Origin: Emergencia sp.
GTDB taxonomy: Bacteria; Bacillota; Clostridia; Peptostreptococcales; Anaerovoracaceae
Direction: 5' to 3'
Assembly: GCA_051882975.1 (NCBI GenBank)
Contig: JBJESV010000094.1
Coordinates: 4,194 to 68,193, forward strand
DNA length: 64,000 nt
Shown here: one piece after another, positions 39,781 through 49,804 of the stretch
Layout: every line of letters begins with the position of its first letter
Numbering within the stretch: position 1 is the first letter of the stretch
Made by a program: the position numbers and the translations under genes
The notes under the pieces: generated by a model
Seen by the model: the letters and a program-made list of their open reading frames with translations, nothing else
Database searches by the model: none
What the model was told of the DNA's origin: nothing

Positions 39781-41592
39781 TCACTGGTTCAGTATCTCCA
39801 TGAACTCACTGCCGGTAATGGTCTCTTTTTCATAGAGAAACTCCGACAGCCGGTCCAGCTTGTCTCGGTTTTTCTCCAGCATGTTCTTTGCCTTCTCGTG
39901 CTGTGTTCTGATTACTTCCACGACCTCTCTGTCGATACGCGTCTGCGTCTCCGGAGAGCAGGTCAGTGTGCTGTCGCCGCCCAGATACTGATTCTGCATA
40001 CTCTCCATGGCGGCCATGTCAAAGTCTCTGCTCATGCCGTAGCGTGTGATCATGACGCGGGCAAGTTTAGTAGCCTGCTCGATATCGTTGGATGCTCCGG
40101 TGGTCACAGATCCGAAAACGACCTCCTCGGCTGCACGGCCTGCGGTAAAGGTTGCAATCTTGTTTTCTATCTCTTCTTTTGTCATCAGATAATGGTTTCC
40201 CTCTTCCACCTGCATGGTGTAACCCAGTGCACCGGAAGTGCGCGGAATGATGGTGATCTTCTGTACCGGCGCGGAATGGGTCTGCAGTGCAGCAACCAGA
40301 GCATGTCCGATCTCGTGGTATGCAACGACTTTCTTCTCTGCATCGGAAAGGATCGCATTCTTCTTCTGATACCCGGCAATAACCACTTCTATGCTCTCTT
40401 CCAGATCCTCCTGGCTCACCCGGTCTCTTCCGCAGCGGACCGCACGAAGCGCCGCCTCGTTGATGATGTTTGCCAGTTCAGCACCGGAGGCACCGGATGC
40501 CATGCGGGCGATTTTGTTGAAGTCGATTTCCTGTTCCATGCGGACTTTGCGTGCGTGGACACGGAGAATATCCTCTCTGCCCTTCAGGTCAGGAAGTTCC
40601 ACCGGAACGCGGCGGTCAAATCTGCCCGGCCGCAGCAGAGCTGGATCCAGAGATTCCGGCCTGTTGGTGGCAGCAAGAATGATGACGCCCGTATTTCCCT
40701 CAAAGCCGTCCATCTCCGTCAGCAGCTGGTTCAGCGTCTGTTCTCTTTCATCATTTCCGCCCAGCTGGCCGTCTCTTTTCTTTCCTATGGTATCGATTTC
40801 ATCGATAAATACGATACACGGCGCCTTCTCTTTGGCCTGTTTGAACAGGTCGCGGACTTTTGAAGCGCCCATGCCGACGAACATCTCCACAAACTCCGAA
40901 CCGGAAATGGAGAAGAACGGCACGCTGGCCTCACCTGCGACAGCTTTCGCCAGCATGGTCTTTCCTGTTCCCGGAGGGCCCACCAGCAGGATTCCTTTCG
41001 GCATGGAGGCACCGATAGAGGAATATTTCTGCGGGTCATGGAGATATTCCACAATCTCTGCCAGGTTCTCCTTGGCTTCGTCTTCTCCCGCCACATCATC
41101 GAATTTTATGCCCGAAGAAGACTTTACATAAATCTTGGCATTGCTCTTTCCTATTCCAAACATCATGGAATTGCTGCCTCCTGCCTTGTTCATAAGCTTC
41201 TTGCTCATGTACTGTCCCAGGCCGATAAAGACTGCGATAGGCAATATCCAGAAGATAAGAAAGCTGAGCATAGGAGAGGTTTCCCTGACAATGGTGCCGG
41301 AAAACTTCGCTCCGGATTCGTGAAGCCTGTCCACAAGCCGGGGATCTTCTATGATCCCTGTCTTGTAGATTTTCGAACCGTCCTTACTGGTGAACAGAAT
41401 CTGATTGTCCTGGATCTCCACCTGGCCGATCTTGTGCTGTTCTGTCATATTCATGAAAGTCCCGTAGTCCACTTCCTTCACCTGGGACTCCTGGATATAC
41501 GGCATGGCCAGCAGGTTGAACAGCAGCAGTATCGCAATCGCGATAAGATAATAATATATCAGAGGTTTTTTCGGTGTTTTAACTTCGTTCAA
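39781..41592 (-). CDS. ftsH: ATP-dependent zinc metalloprotease FtsH (possibly a secondary copy)
   Basis: Two N-terminal TMs, [20 protein letters not shown]; TTG start at 41592 behind GGAG. Confidence 0.93.
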   Translation of the reverse strand: MNEVKTPKKPLIYYYLIAIAILLLFNLLAMPYIQESQVKEVDYGTFMNMTEQHKIGQVEIQDNQILFTSKDGSKIYKTGIIEDPRLVDRLHESGAKFSGTIVRETSPMLSFLIFWILPIAVFIGLGQYMSKKLMNKAGGSNSMMFGIGKSNAKIYVKSSSGIKFDDVAGEDEAKENLAEIVEYLHDPQKYSSIGASMPKGILLVGPPGTGKTMLAKAVAGEASVPFFSISGSEFVEMFVGMGASKVRDLFKQAKEKAPCIVFIDEIDTIGKKRDGQLGGNDEREQTLNQLLTEMDGFEGNTGVIILAATNRPESLDPALLRPGRFDRRVPVELPDLKGREDILRVHARKVRMEQEIDFNKIARMASGASGAELANIINEAALRAVRCGRDRVSQEDLEESIEVVIAGYQKKNAILSDAEKKVVAYHEIGHALVAALQTHSAPVQKITIIPRTSGALGYTMQVEEGNHYLMTKEEIENKIATFTAGRAAEEVVFGSVTTGASNDIEQATKLARVMITRYGMSRDFDMAAMESMQNQYLGGDSTLTCSPETQTRIDREVVEVIRTQHEKAKNMLEKNRDKLDRLSEFLYEKETITGSEFMEILNQ

Positions 41593-41696
41593 TGTTTTTC
41601 TCCTTTTTGGGCTATATATAAACATTATTGCAGAAAAAAAGAAGGAATACCACTATCAGTATACCTTCTCGTGACTTTACATAAATGGTGACAGTG

Positions 41697-42224
41697 TTAA
41701 AATATTTTTTTCTTCAGAATACCTGTAAGCTGTCTGGCAAACAGCTCCGGATTCAGGTCTTTCTGATTGTAAGCCTCAAATGCCATACCGCCCAAGGCGT
41801 ATGCGTAAAAGCTGACCGCTGTCTCAAACTCGCCGGCTGTCAGTTCCTCCTTCAGGCCTCTTTCCTCGAACACCACTGTCAGAAGACTTCTCATGGCGTC
41901 TATGATGATCTTCTCGATCTGCTGCCGCCTTGATGAACGCATCAGCGTTTCGATGACCTGCCTGCGCTGCTTTGCCTCCTCCATAAACATCTGTATGCAT
42001 ACTTCCAGCCCGTTCATCTCCCTGCACAGATCAAGCGCCCGCTGCACATCCTGGTCCGCAGCCCATTCCATCAGATCCAGCATATCCTGGAAATGATAGT
42101 AGAAGGTCTGCCTGGTCACGCCGCTCTCTTCAACAATATCCTTTACCGTGATTTTATCCAGTTCTTTTTTCTCCAGCATAATCCACAAGGCATCTGCCAG
42201 TTTTTTCTTAGTCTGCATCTCCAA
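41697..42224 (-). CDS. TetR/AcrR-family transcriptional regulator
   Basis: KITVKDIVEESGVTRQTFYYHF HTH. Confidence 0.92.
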   Translation of the reverse strand: MEMQTKKKLADALWIMLEKKELDKITVKDIVEESGVTRQTFYYHFQDMLDLMEWAADQDVQRALDLCREMNGLEVCIQMFMEEAKQRRQVIETLMRSSRRQQIEKIIIDAMRSLLTVVFEERGLKEELTAGEFETAVSFYAYALGGMAFEAYNQKDLNPELFARQLTGILKKKIF

Positions 42225-42309
42225 CTCTACCTCTTTCTCTTTTCCGGTTTCCGAATACTTTTTCTTTTCAATTTTACTACACTGAAGTATTCCGTGTCAA
42301 ACACTAACG

Positions 42310-42593
42310 TTGGGTTCGAATCCCTCTTCCGTATTCCTCACACAATGAAAAAAACAGGTCTGTGACCTGTTCTTTTCATTGGTGCGGTCTAAGGGATTTT
42401 GTCGCAGCTTCGCTGTGACCGGTCTCGCCTCCCTTTTCGGTCGGCATCGACCCGCTCGCTGTTCTCAGACCCGCCGGGTCTGCTCACCTCACGCTCGCGC
42501 CCTTTTGGGTTCGAATCCCTCTTCCGTATTCCTCACACAATGAAAAAAACAGGTCTGTGACCTGTTCTTTTCATTGGTGCGGTCTAAGGGATT
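42310..42593. repeat. 89-bp perfect direct repeat (42310-42398 and 42505-42593) carrying the tRNA-Leu 3' end plus terminator, separated by a 106-bp hairpin-rich spacer
   Basis: Both copies read TTGGGTTCGAATCCCTCTTCC...AACAGGTCTGTGACCTGTT...TGGTGCGGTCTAAGGGATT. Confidence 0.92.
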
Positions 42594-42659
42594 CGAACCC
42601 CCATGAGTCTCCTCACACGGACCTGAACCGTGCGCGTCTGCCAATTCCGCCAAGACCGC
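42575..42659 (-). tRNA. tRNA-Leu(CAG)
   Basis: GCGGTCTTGGCGGAATTGGCAGACGCG-CACGG-TTCAGGT-CCGTG, long variable arm, CCA end. Confidence 0.96.
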
Positions 42660-42830
42660 ATATTCTGTTGTTGTCAGCTCTCGTTCCTGCCGACTATTCT
42701 ATTATACACAATTGAGAAAATAATGCAAGTGTAAAATAGGATTTTTTTGAGTATTTTTATCAGTACATGCCGCAGGCAGACGAAGGCCGGACCGTCGCGT
42801 CCGGCCTTCCCGGAATCGTTCATATTCTCT

Positions 42831-44222
42831 TTACCTGTACTCATCTGCCAGAAGACGTGCCACATACACGCCGCTGGCTGAAGCCTGGGACAGGGAGTGG
42901 GTGACACCGGATCCGTCGCCCAGTGCATACAGTCCCGGAATGCAGGTCTGCAGATGTTCATCCACAGAAACCTTGGAGTTATAGAATTTGACCTCCACGC
43001 CATAGAGCAGCGTATCCTCATTGGCAGTACCCGGCGCAATTTTATCCAGGGCATAAATCATCTCTATGATGCTGTCCAGCTGTCGTTTCGGAATGACCAG
43101 ACTCAGATCCCCGGGCGTAGCCGCCAGTGTCGGACGGGTGAAGCATTTCTCCATTCTCCGGGCGCTGCTCCGCCGTCCTTTTACCAGATCGCCGAAACGC
43201 TGCAGAAGCACGCCGCCGCCCAGCATGTTGGATAGTCTGGCGATGGACTCGCCGTATTCATTGCTGTCCTCAAAAGGCTCCGTAAAGGTATTGGATACCA
43301 GAAGAGCAAAATTGGTGTTCTCTGTACGCAGTGCCGGATCCGCATAGCTGTGCCCGTTCACCGTCACGATCCCGTTGGTGTTTTCCGAGACCACTTCGCC
43401 GTACGGGTTCATACAGAAAGTCCGCACCATGTCGTTGTAGCGCTCCGTCTTGTAGACGATCTTTCCCTCATAGACCGCATCGGTGATGTGGCTGAAAACC
43501 TCTGCAGGCAGTTCCACACGCACTCCGATATCCACCCGGTTCTTCTTCTGCTCGATGCCGAAGCTGTCGCAGACGGCGGAGATCCATCTGGATCCCGAGC
43601 GGCCCGTTGCAAGGACCAGTTTATCGCAGGCGAAGTCTCCCTTGTCAGTTCGGACTATGAATCCGCCCTCGCCGGAACCGTCCTCCACCCGTTCCACAGT
43701 CTCGATGGTGGTATAGAACTGTGTATCGATCCTGTCTCGGATATAATCGAAGATCCTGCCCAGGATCTGAACGTTTCTGTCGGTTCCCAGGTGGCGGACC
43801 TTCGCCTCCAGCAGATGCAGATTGTTCTGAAGACACCTGGTCTTCAGGTCGGAACTGGCTGTGGAATAAAGACGCGCATCGCTGCCGCCCATGCTGCAGA
43901 GCACGCTGTCCACATACTCCATCAGCTCCATAGCCCGATCCACGCCCACATATCTGTGCAGATCGCCGCCGAACTGGGTGGTGATGTTGTATTTGCCGTC
44001 CGACAGCGTCCCTGCTCCGCCGTATCCGTTCATGATGTGGCAGGGACTGCATTTGACACAGGTCTTCGTTCTGCCGGTTTTAATCGGGCACACACGCTTC
44101 TCCAGGGGAGCTCCTTTATCCAGCATCAGCACGCTGGCACGGTTTTTCTCTTTTGTAAGCTCATAGGACATGAAAACGCCGCTGGCTCCTGCACCGGCGA
44201 TGATGATATCATATTTCTTCAC
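42831..44222 (-). CDS. Uncharacterised FAD/NAD(P)-dependent dehydrogenase (COG2509-like)
   Basis: IIAGAGASG Rossmann motif, Cys-rich CP...CVKCSPC insert, GGAGTLSDGK, FCMNPYG, GDGSGVT. Confidence 0.85.
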   Translation of the reverse strand: MKKYDIIIAGAGASGVFMSYELTKEKNRASVLMLDKGAPLEKRVCPIKTGRTKTCVKCSPCHIMNGYGGAGTLSDGKYNITTQFGGDLHRYVGVDRAMELMEYVDSVLCSMGGSDARLYSTASSDLKTRCLQNNLHLLEAKVRHLGTDRNVQILGRIFDYIRDRIDTQFYTTIETVERVEDGSGEGGFIVRTDKGDFACDKLVLATGRSGSRWISAVCDSFGIEQKKNRVDIGVRVELPAEVFSHITDAVYEGKIVYKTERYNDMVRTFCMNPYGEVVSENTNGIVTVNGHSYADPALRTENTNFALLVSNTFTEPFEDSNEYGESIARLSNMLGGGVLLQRFGDLVKGRRSSARRMEKCFTRPTLAATPGDLSLVIPKRQLDSIIEMIYALDKIAPGTANEDTLLYGVEVKFYNSKVSVDEHLQTCIPGLYALGDGSGVTHSLSQASASGVYVARLLADEYR

Positions 44223-44358
44223 GATTCTTCTCCAATCTCAAATCAGATTATTACACTTTAACTCTAACTTATCCCCGCACAAAAAACAATTCTGTTTTCC
44301 GCATCTTTTCTATGATATAATAGATATAATAAAATCATTTCCAAAGGAGAAACAGTTT

Positions 44359-44520
44359 ATGTGGGATAAGAAAAACATCGTTCTGGGCGCCATGTTCGCC
44401 TTCTTCGCGCTGTTCTGCCTCGTATCTCTGATCAGGGGCGGACGCGACTCGTATTACATAACCGGCGTCTGCGTCTTCACTGTCGTGGCAGTCGGTTTCC
44501 TGAAAAGGGCCAGGAAATAG
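44359..44520 (+). CDS. Small two-TM membrane protein (53 aa)
   Basis: MWDKKNIVLGAMFAFFALFCLVSL...; AAGGAG RBS; downstream hairpin/terminator. Confidence 0.55.
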   Translation: MWDKKNIVLGAMFAFFALFCLVSLIRGGRDSYYITGVCVFTVVAVGFLKRARK

Positions 44521-44631
44521 CCGGGAATCACAGACCTCCGTCTCTGCGGGGGTCTTTTTTCGCGAAAAAGAAAAAGAGCCCTGCGGCAGCGGTACAACCG
44601 TCCCTGCAGAGCTCTGTATCGGTCTGAAAAA

Positions 44632-44919
44632 TTAATTTGCAGTTCCGTCGTCTTCGGACATGATTGCTTCGAATTCACCTACGACATTGGCGAACAGCTC
44701 GTCATCTTCGATATCGACCAGCTCGAACTCATCTTCGCCGACTTCGTTATAGCCATAGATGTAGACATCGTCTGAATCATCAAGCGGGATCAATGCGATA
44801 TAATCCTTGCCGTTGTAGTCAAACACGCCCATGATTTCGCATTCGAGTTCAGTGTTATCATCGAATTCCAGAGTGATGATATCTGCCTCGTCCTGCACGT
44901 TGTTCTTCTTGTCTGCCAT
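44632..44919 (-). CDS. DUF1292-domain protein
   Basis: IITLEFDD...FDYNGKDYIALIP...ELVDIEDDE acidic pattern; GGAGGAG RBS. Confidence 0.85.
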   Translation of the reverse strand: MADKKNNVQDEADIITLEFDDNTELECEIMGVFDYNGKDYIALIPLDDSDDVYIYGYNEVGEDEFELVDIEDDELFANVVGEFEAIMSEDDGTAN

Positions 44920-44993
44920 AATACTCCTCCATTTTAAATTCACATTCAAGTGTTTTCGCTATTTTACTAATATACCACCGATTGGCGGAATTA

Positions 44994-46829
44994 TCAACTA
45001 AAATATTCTATAATATTCTTCGCGATGGATTCTGTGATGCCGGGCACCTCCATCAGCTGTTCCGCGGAGGCTTTTCTGATGGATTCTACAGTGCCGAAAT
45101 GATTCAGAAGCGCATTACGCCGGGTCGGACCCACTCCTGTAATATCATCGAGGACGGAATGAATCGCATTGCGGTTTCTCAGATTCCGGTGGTATTCGAT
45201 GGCAAACCGGTGCACCTCCTCCTGTATGGTTCCGGCATAGCGGAACAGCACCGGATTATCAGCCAGGGGTATCTCCTGACCGTCCTCAAAGACCATGGCA
45301 CGGGTCCTGTGGCTGTCATCCTTCGCCATTCCCACCACAGGAATGTCCAGTTTCATTGCAGTCAGCACCTTTTTCGCCGCAGTCACCTGTCCCTGGCCTC
45401 CGTCCATGAAGATGGCGTCGGGCAGCTTTGAAAATCCGGGATCTCCTTCCTGTGCACGTCTGAAACGGCGGTAGATCATCTCCTGCAGGCTGCCGTAATC
45501 GTCAGGCCCTTCTACAGTTCTGATTCTGAAACGGCGGTAGTCTCTACGGATTTTCTTCAGTCCTTCAAACACCACCATGGCCCCTACGGAATCCACACCG
45601 TTGGTATTGGAGATGTCATAGGATTCGATGCGGTAGTCCTTCTTCGGTTCCGGACTGTAACCGGCCCTGCGGATCACCATTTCCACCTGGCTGCGCACGG
45701 CATCCTGCTTTTCCTGATTCAGTCTGGCCTTATCCGAAAGGGTCTTCACCATCTCTATACAGTCGTTCTGAGCCATCTTCAGCAGTGCTCTCTTCTCGCC
45801 TTTTTTCGGTACAAAAATCCGGACCTTCCTGCCGTCACGGCTGAGATATTCCTCCAGAAGTTCGCATTCGGGCACTTCCGCCTCCACAAGTATCTCCGGC
45901 GGCACATGGGCCCACTGACTGTAATACTGCTTGATAAACTCGCCCACCATCTCCTCCCGGCTGTCGGTTTCACCGGTCTGGATCTGAAAGGTGTCCCTTC
46001 CGCTCAGCTTGCCGTCTCTTACCGTAAACAGGGCGATAAAGGAAAGCTCCCCGTCTTTGACCGGCAGCACCACATCCAGATCTCTGTCGTGGACCATGGT
46101 CACCCGCTGTGTCTCGGAAATGGACTTTATGGATGCGATATAGTCTCTGTATTTTGCAGCCTCCTCGAACTCCAGATTATCTGATGCAGCCTGCATCTTC
46201 TCTTCCAGACTGCGGAGCAGAGGCTTTTCTTTTCCGCTGAGAAATTCCAGCACCTTGTCTATGGATTTTCTGTACTCCTCACGGCTCACCCTGCCGCAGC
46301 ATATTCCGCGGCACTGACTGATATGGTAATTCAGACACGGACGGTGGCCTGCCGGAAACTCTCTGGTGCTGCAGCGCTTCAGGCTGTATATATTGGAAAG
46401 AAGTTCCACAATCTGATTTACGGCTCCTGCATCGCTGAAAGGACCGAAGTAGCGGTCTCCGTCTCTGGCGATGATGCGCGTCTTGACCACCCGCGGAAAA
46501 TCCTCCGAAGTGGTCACCTTGATGTATGGATAAGTCTTGTCATCCCGAAGAAGGACGTTATAGCGGGGCATGTATTTCTTGATCAGGTTGCACTCCAGAA
46601 TCAGCGCCTCCATCTCAGAGCTGCAGGTGATATACTCGAATTCAGCGATATGGCTCACCATGGCGGCAACCTTGGGATTGGATTTTGCAGAGCTCTGAAA
46701 ATACTGGCGCACCCGGTTCTTCAGGGAAACCGCCTTTCCCACATAGATGACCTGGCCCAGCCTGTCCTTGTGCATATAGACTCCCGGACAGTCCGGAAGC
46801 TTTTTCAGATTTTCTTTAATATCAAACAT
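44994..46829 (-). CDS. uvrC: Excinuclease ABC subunit C
   Basis: PGVY...IYVGKAVSLKNRVRQYF GIY-YIG, YDISN, DGGQGQ, EVHRFA, HhH C-terminus. Confidence 0.98.
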   Translation of the reverse strand: MFDIKENLKKLPDCPGVYMHKDRLGQVIYVGKAVSLKNRVRQYFQSSAKSNPKVAAMVSHIAEFEYITCSSEMEALILECNLIKKYMPRYNVLLRDDKTYPYIKVTTSEDFPRVVKTRIIARDGDRYFGPFSDAGAVNQIVELLSNIYSLKRCSTREFPAGHRPCLNYHISQCRGICCGRVSREEYRKSIDKVLEFLSGKEKPLLRSLEEKMQAASDNLEFEEAAKYRDYIASIKSISETQRVTMVHDRDLDVVLPVKDGELSFIALFTVRDGKLSGRDTFQIQTGETDSREEMVGEFIKQYYSQWAHVPPEILVEAEVPECELLEEYLSRDGRKVRIFVPKKGEKRALLKMAQNDCIEMVKTLSDKARLNQEKQDAVRSQVEMVIRRAGYSPEPKKDYRIESYDISNTNGVDSVGAMVVFEGLKKIRRDYRRFRIRTVEGPDDYGSLQEMIYRRFRRAQEGDPGFSKLPDAIFMDGGQGQVTAAKKVLTAMKLDIPVVGMAKDDSHRTRAMVFEDGQEIPLADNPVLFRYAGTIQEEVHRFAIEYHRNLRNRNAIHSVLDDITGVGPTRRNALLNHFGTVESIRKASAEQLMEVPGITESIAKNIIEYFS

Positions 46830-46830
46830 G

Positions 46831-48144
46831 TTAAAAATGCCAGTCTCTTTCTCTGTAATCCTGTTCTCTTCTCAGTTCCTCCATGGCGATGGCCATGATT
46901 TTCTTTTTGCGCTGTTCCCTTCTGCGTCTCCTGACGCGGGCTCTGGCTGCCGCGATCCAGATACAGATCAAAAGGAACAGAAGCAGCACAGCACAGATGA
47001 TGACGGTCGCAAAGTCAGAAATACCCACGTAGGATGGAAACCAGCCCTCATCCACATCCTCTTTTATAATCAGATCCACCTCGTTGACCAGATCGTCCGC
47101 TGCGTAGATCTCCATGCGCCCGACGACAGTGCCGGCTTTCACCGGTGCCTCGATGTCGCTTCGCATGACCACTTTTTCTTTTATCAGCGATACGGATGCC
47201 TCTTTGGGCAGATAGGCATATCCCGCCTCAGCGGTGTAAGCCTTGAGTGTCGTCTTTTCACCGTGCCTGATGCGGACTTTGCCTTTCTCCTTGTCTTTTC
47301 CGATGACTTTGACGCCCTCCACATTCTCCTGTGCATAGGCGATCAGTTTTTCTATGTCGCCGGTCCGGTCGTCTTTGGTATCACCGAGGACGACGATAAG
47401 CAGGCTCAGACCGTTCTCCTTATATCCCAGTGCCATGCTGCAGTTCTGATCGTCCCAGTAGCCGCTTTTGGCTGCATATACCCCTGAATCCTCGTCCTCA
47501 ATAAAACTGATATGGGTCTTCAGTGTCCGCGCCTTGTGCTTGTTGGTGGCTTCCACCTTATAGGTCTTCGCTCCCGCAGCCTGACAGATGACATCATTGC
47601 TGAAGGCAACCTTGACAATCAGCATCATGTCATAGGCGGTGGTATAGTGCTGCTTCGCACGCATACCGCTTGGGTTGGTAAAATGGGTGCCGGTGCACCC
47701 GATATTTTCCGCGGTCTTGTTCATCAGGTCGACAAAGTCATCCATGCTGCCGCTGACAGCCTCGCCCAGAGCCCAGGCCGCATCGTTGCCGCTGGGCAGC
47801 AGCGCGCCGTAAATCAGATCTCTGACTGTCAGGACCTCTCCCTCTTTCAGATCCATGGAGGCTTCCGGCTGAGAGGCCGCCTCGGCAGATACGGTCACTT
47901 CTTTATCAAGGGGCAGGTTCTGCACTGCAAGAAGGACCGTCATCAGTTTGGTGACACTGAACGGCTCCAGTTTTTTTCTGCTGTTTTTGGAATATACTGT
48001 CTCTCCTGTGTTCTGACAGTAGACGATGGCGCCGGATGCAGTGATATCCGGCTTATCACCGGCCGCAAAGCCCGGTGCCGTCTGAGTCAGGATCAGAGTC
48101 GATGCCAGAACGCAGAGTATCAGCTTCTTCAGATTCTTTCCCAT
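46831..48144 (-). CDS. D-alanyl-D-alanine carboxypeptidase (S11), with C-terminal domain and TM anchor
   Basis: SVTK, SGN, KSG motifs; signal peptide; C-terminal TM and Arg-rich tail. Confidence 0.9.
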   Translation of the reverse strand: MGKNLKKLILCVLASTLILTQTAPGFAAGDKPDITASGAIVYCQNTGETVYSKNSRKKLEPFSVTKLMTVLLAVQNLPLDKEVTVSAEAASQPEASMDLKEGEVLTVRDLIYGALLPSGNDAAWALGEAVSGSMDDFVDLMNKTAENIGCTGTHFTNPSGMRAKQHYTTAYDMMLIVKVAFSNDVICQAAGAKTYKVEATNKHKARTLKTHISFIEDEDSGVYAAKSGYWDDQNCSMALGYKENGLSLLIVVLGDTKDDRTGDIEKLIAYAQENVEGVKVIGKDKEKGKVRIRHGEKTTLKAYTAEAGYAYLPKEASVSLIKEKVVMRSDIEAPVKAGTVVGRMEIYAADDLVNEVDLIIKEDVDEGWFPSYVGISDFATVIICAVLLLFLLICIWIAAARARVRRRRREQRKKKIMAIAMEELRREQDYRERDWHF

Positions 48145-48162
48145 TGCATCTCCCTGTATTCA

Positions 48163-49122
48163 TCACACTGCCTGCTGAAACTTCAGCTTTTTATAGCTGT
48201 AGTTCAGAATCTGGCTGGTGCTCTTGTATCGGTTCTTCATCGTGTCTTTCAGGACCACCGCATAGACCTTTCTGCCGTTTCTCTCACATACTGAAACCAG
48301 AGCGGCGTTGCTGTAGTCCCAGGTGCCTGTCTTTCCGGCATAGACACCGGATTTCGGGTAAACTTTCTTTGCTACAAAGCTGTTGGTGGTAGAGATCCAC
48401 CGGGCTTTATGCTTATTGGTCTTCGGCATCTTGTACATTTCTGTACTGCAGGCCTTTTCTATGAGCAGATTCGCCATGGCGGCCTGTGCGATGATGGCCA
48501 TATCGTAAGCGCTGGAATAGTGGTCCGCCGCCTTCCAGCCATGGGGATTGGAAAAATGGCTGTCTACACAGCCCAGTTCCTTTGCCTTTGCATTCATGAG
48601 TACGGCAAATTTCGCCTTGGTTCCCGAAACGGCATGGGCAAGGGCCACTGCCGCATCGTTGCCGCTGGGCAGCAGCGCCGCATAGATCAGATCTTTTACT
48701 CTGACCTCTTCTCCGGCTTTCAGGCCGGCTGTGGATCCTCCTGTGGCTGCAGCCCATTTGGTCACTGTGACTTTCTGGTCAGGGTTCAGATGTTCAAGAG
48801 CCACCAGGCATGTCAGCAGTTTGGTGGTGCTCAGCGGGTCCCGCTTGTAGTGGGAATTTTTAGAATACAGGATTTTGCCCGTATCTCCGTCCACAACGAC
48901 TGCACTGCGGGCTGAAATCACCGGTTTTGTCAGCGTCGTCTGTGTGGAATTCTGCGAGGCTTCCGTCTGCGAGACTGGCTGGCCCGTCTCCATCGTCTCT
49001 TCCGGAGTATCTGCTGCAAAAGCCCCTGCACCGGCTGAGAAAATCAGCAGGCATGACAGCAGCGCAGCCGCAGCTTTTCTCAGCAGATTCTTCTTATGTA
49101 AATCAGCATCGAATTCTTTCAT
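48163..49122 (-). CDS. D-alanyl-D-alanine carboxypeptidase (S11), short secreted form
   Basis: STTK, SGN, KTG motifs; signal peptide. Confidence 0.9.
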   Translation of the reverse strand: MKEFDADLHKKNLLRKAAAALLSCLLIFSAGAGAFAADTPEETMETGQPVSQTEASQNSTQTTLTKPVISARSAVVVDGDTGKILYSKNSHYKRDPLSTTKLLTCLVALEHLNPDQKVTVTKWAAATGGSTAGLKAGEEVRVKDLIYAALLPSGNDAAVALAHAVSGTKAKFAVLMNAKAKELGCVDSHFSNPHGWKAADHYSSAYDMAIIAQAAMANLLIEKACSTEMYKMPKTNKHKARWISTTNSFVAKKVYPKSGVYAGKTGTWDYSNAALVSVCERNGRKVYAVVLKDTMKNRYKSTSQILNYSYKKLKFQQAV

Positions 49123-49456
49123 TATGATAAGTCCCTCCCCTGTAAGTTTTCGTACATAATTATTTTAACATGAATCGGCGGGATTTCATAGGGGCAATAT
49201 GCGCCGCTCCTCCAGGATCGCAGATGAATTCGCACTCAAGTACAGGCCTGACTCGCTGCCGGTTCGTTTTGCGTATGGATTAATCTTTTTTTCTATGTTT
49301 TCGGCGGCTTTCTCCTTTCTGTCAGGAAATACGTATGTATTAAAGAATTATTTTTAAAAATCGGCACCTGATCCGCTTATCTATGCCTCTGCACTTTGAA
49401 AACGGCCATCCCCTCCTGTTGCGATTATCATTATATGGTAATTACTGTATGTATCT

Positions 49457-49508
49457 CGCTTTCAATTCGCTTTCAATTCCGTTTCAATTCCGTTTCAATT
49501 CCGTTTCA
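49457..49508. repeat. 11-bp tandem repeat (C[GC][CG]TTTCAATT), about 4.7 copies
   Basis: CGCTTTCAATT-CGCTTTCAATT-CCGTTTCAATT-CCGTTTCAATT-CCGTTTCA. Confidence 0.9.
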
Positions 49509-49804
49509 GGGCGTTCGTTCCTCTCAGGACGTGCCGATTATTTTAAAAAATGGTTATATCCATACGTTTTTTTAAAATGATTCACCTCCTGCCGCCGGAT
49601 TCGGCAAAAAAATGGGGAATCCATACGCGGCAAGAAATACGCCGCAACTTGCAGCGCAAAACAGACGGAAATGCGCAGCAGCACCGCTTTATCTCCGTCG
49701 CAGCCGGACGCCGCAGGATCTCATCAGCGCAGTATTCTGCCAACATGCGTAAACGGGGCGCCGCATCAGCTGATTTCTGACGCGGTACGCCCCGTTTCAT
49801 AAGT

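Noticed and set aside
42380-42398. Second tRNA-Leu gene
   Set aside because: Only the 3'-terminal 19 nt are present; no D-arm or anticodon arm.
49457-49508. GTTTCAATTCC repeats resembling the start of type I-B CRISPR repeats
   Set aside because: Units are 11 bp and contiguous with no unique spacers, and no cas genes are present. Kept only as a tandem repeat.
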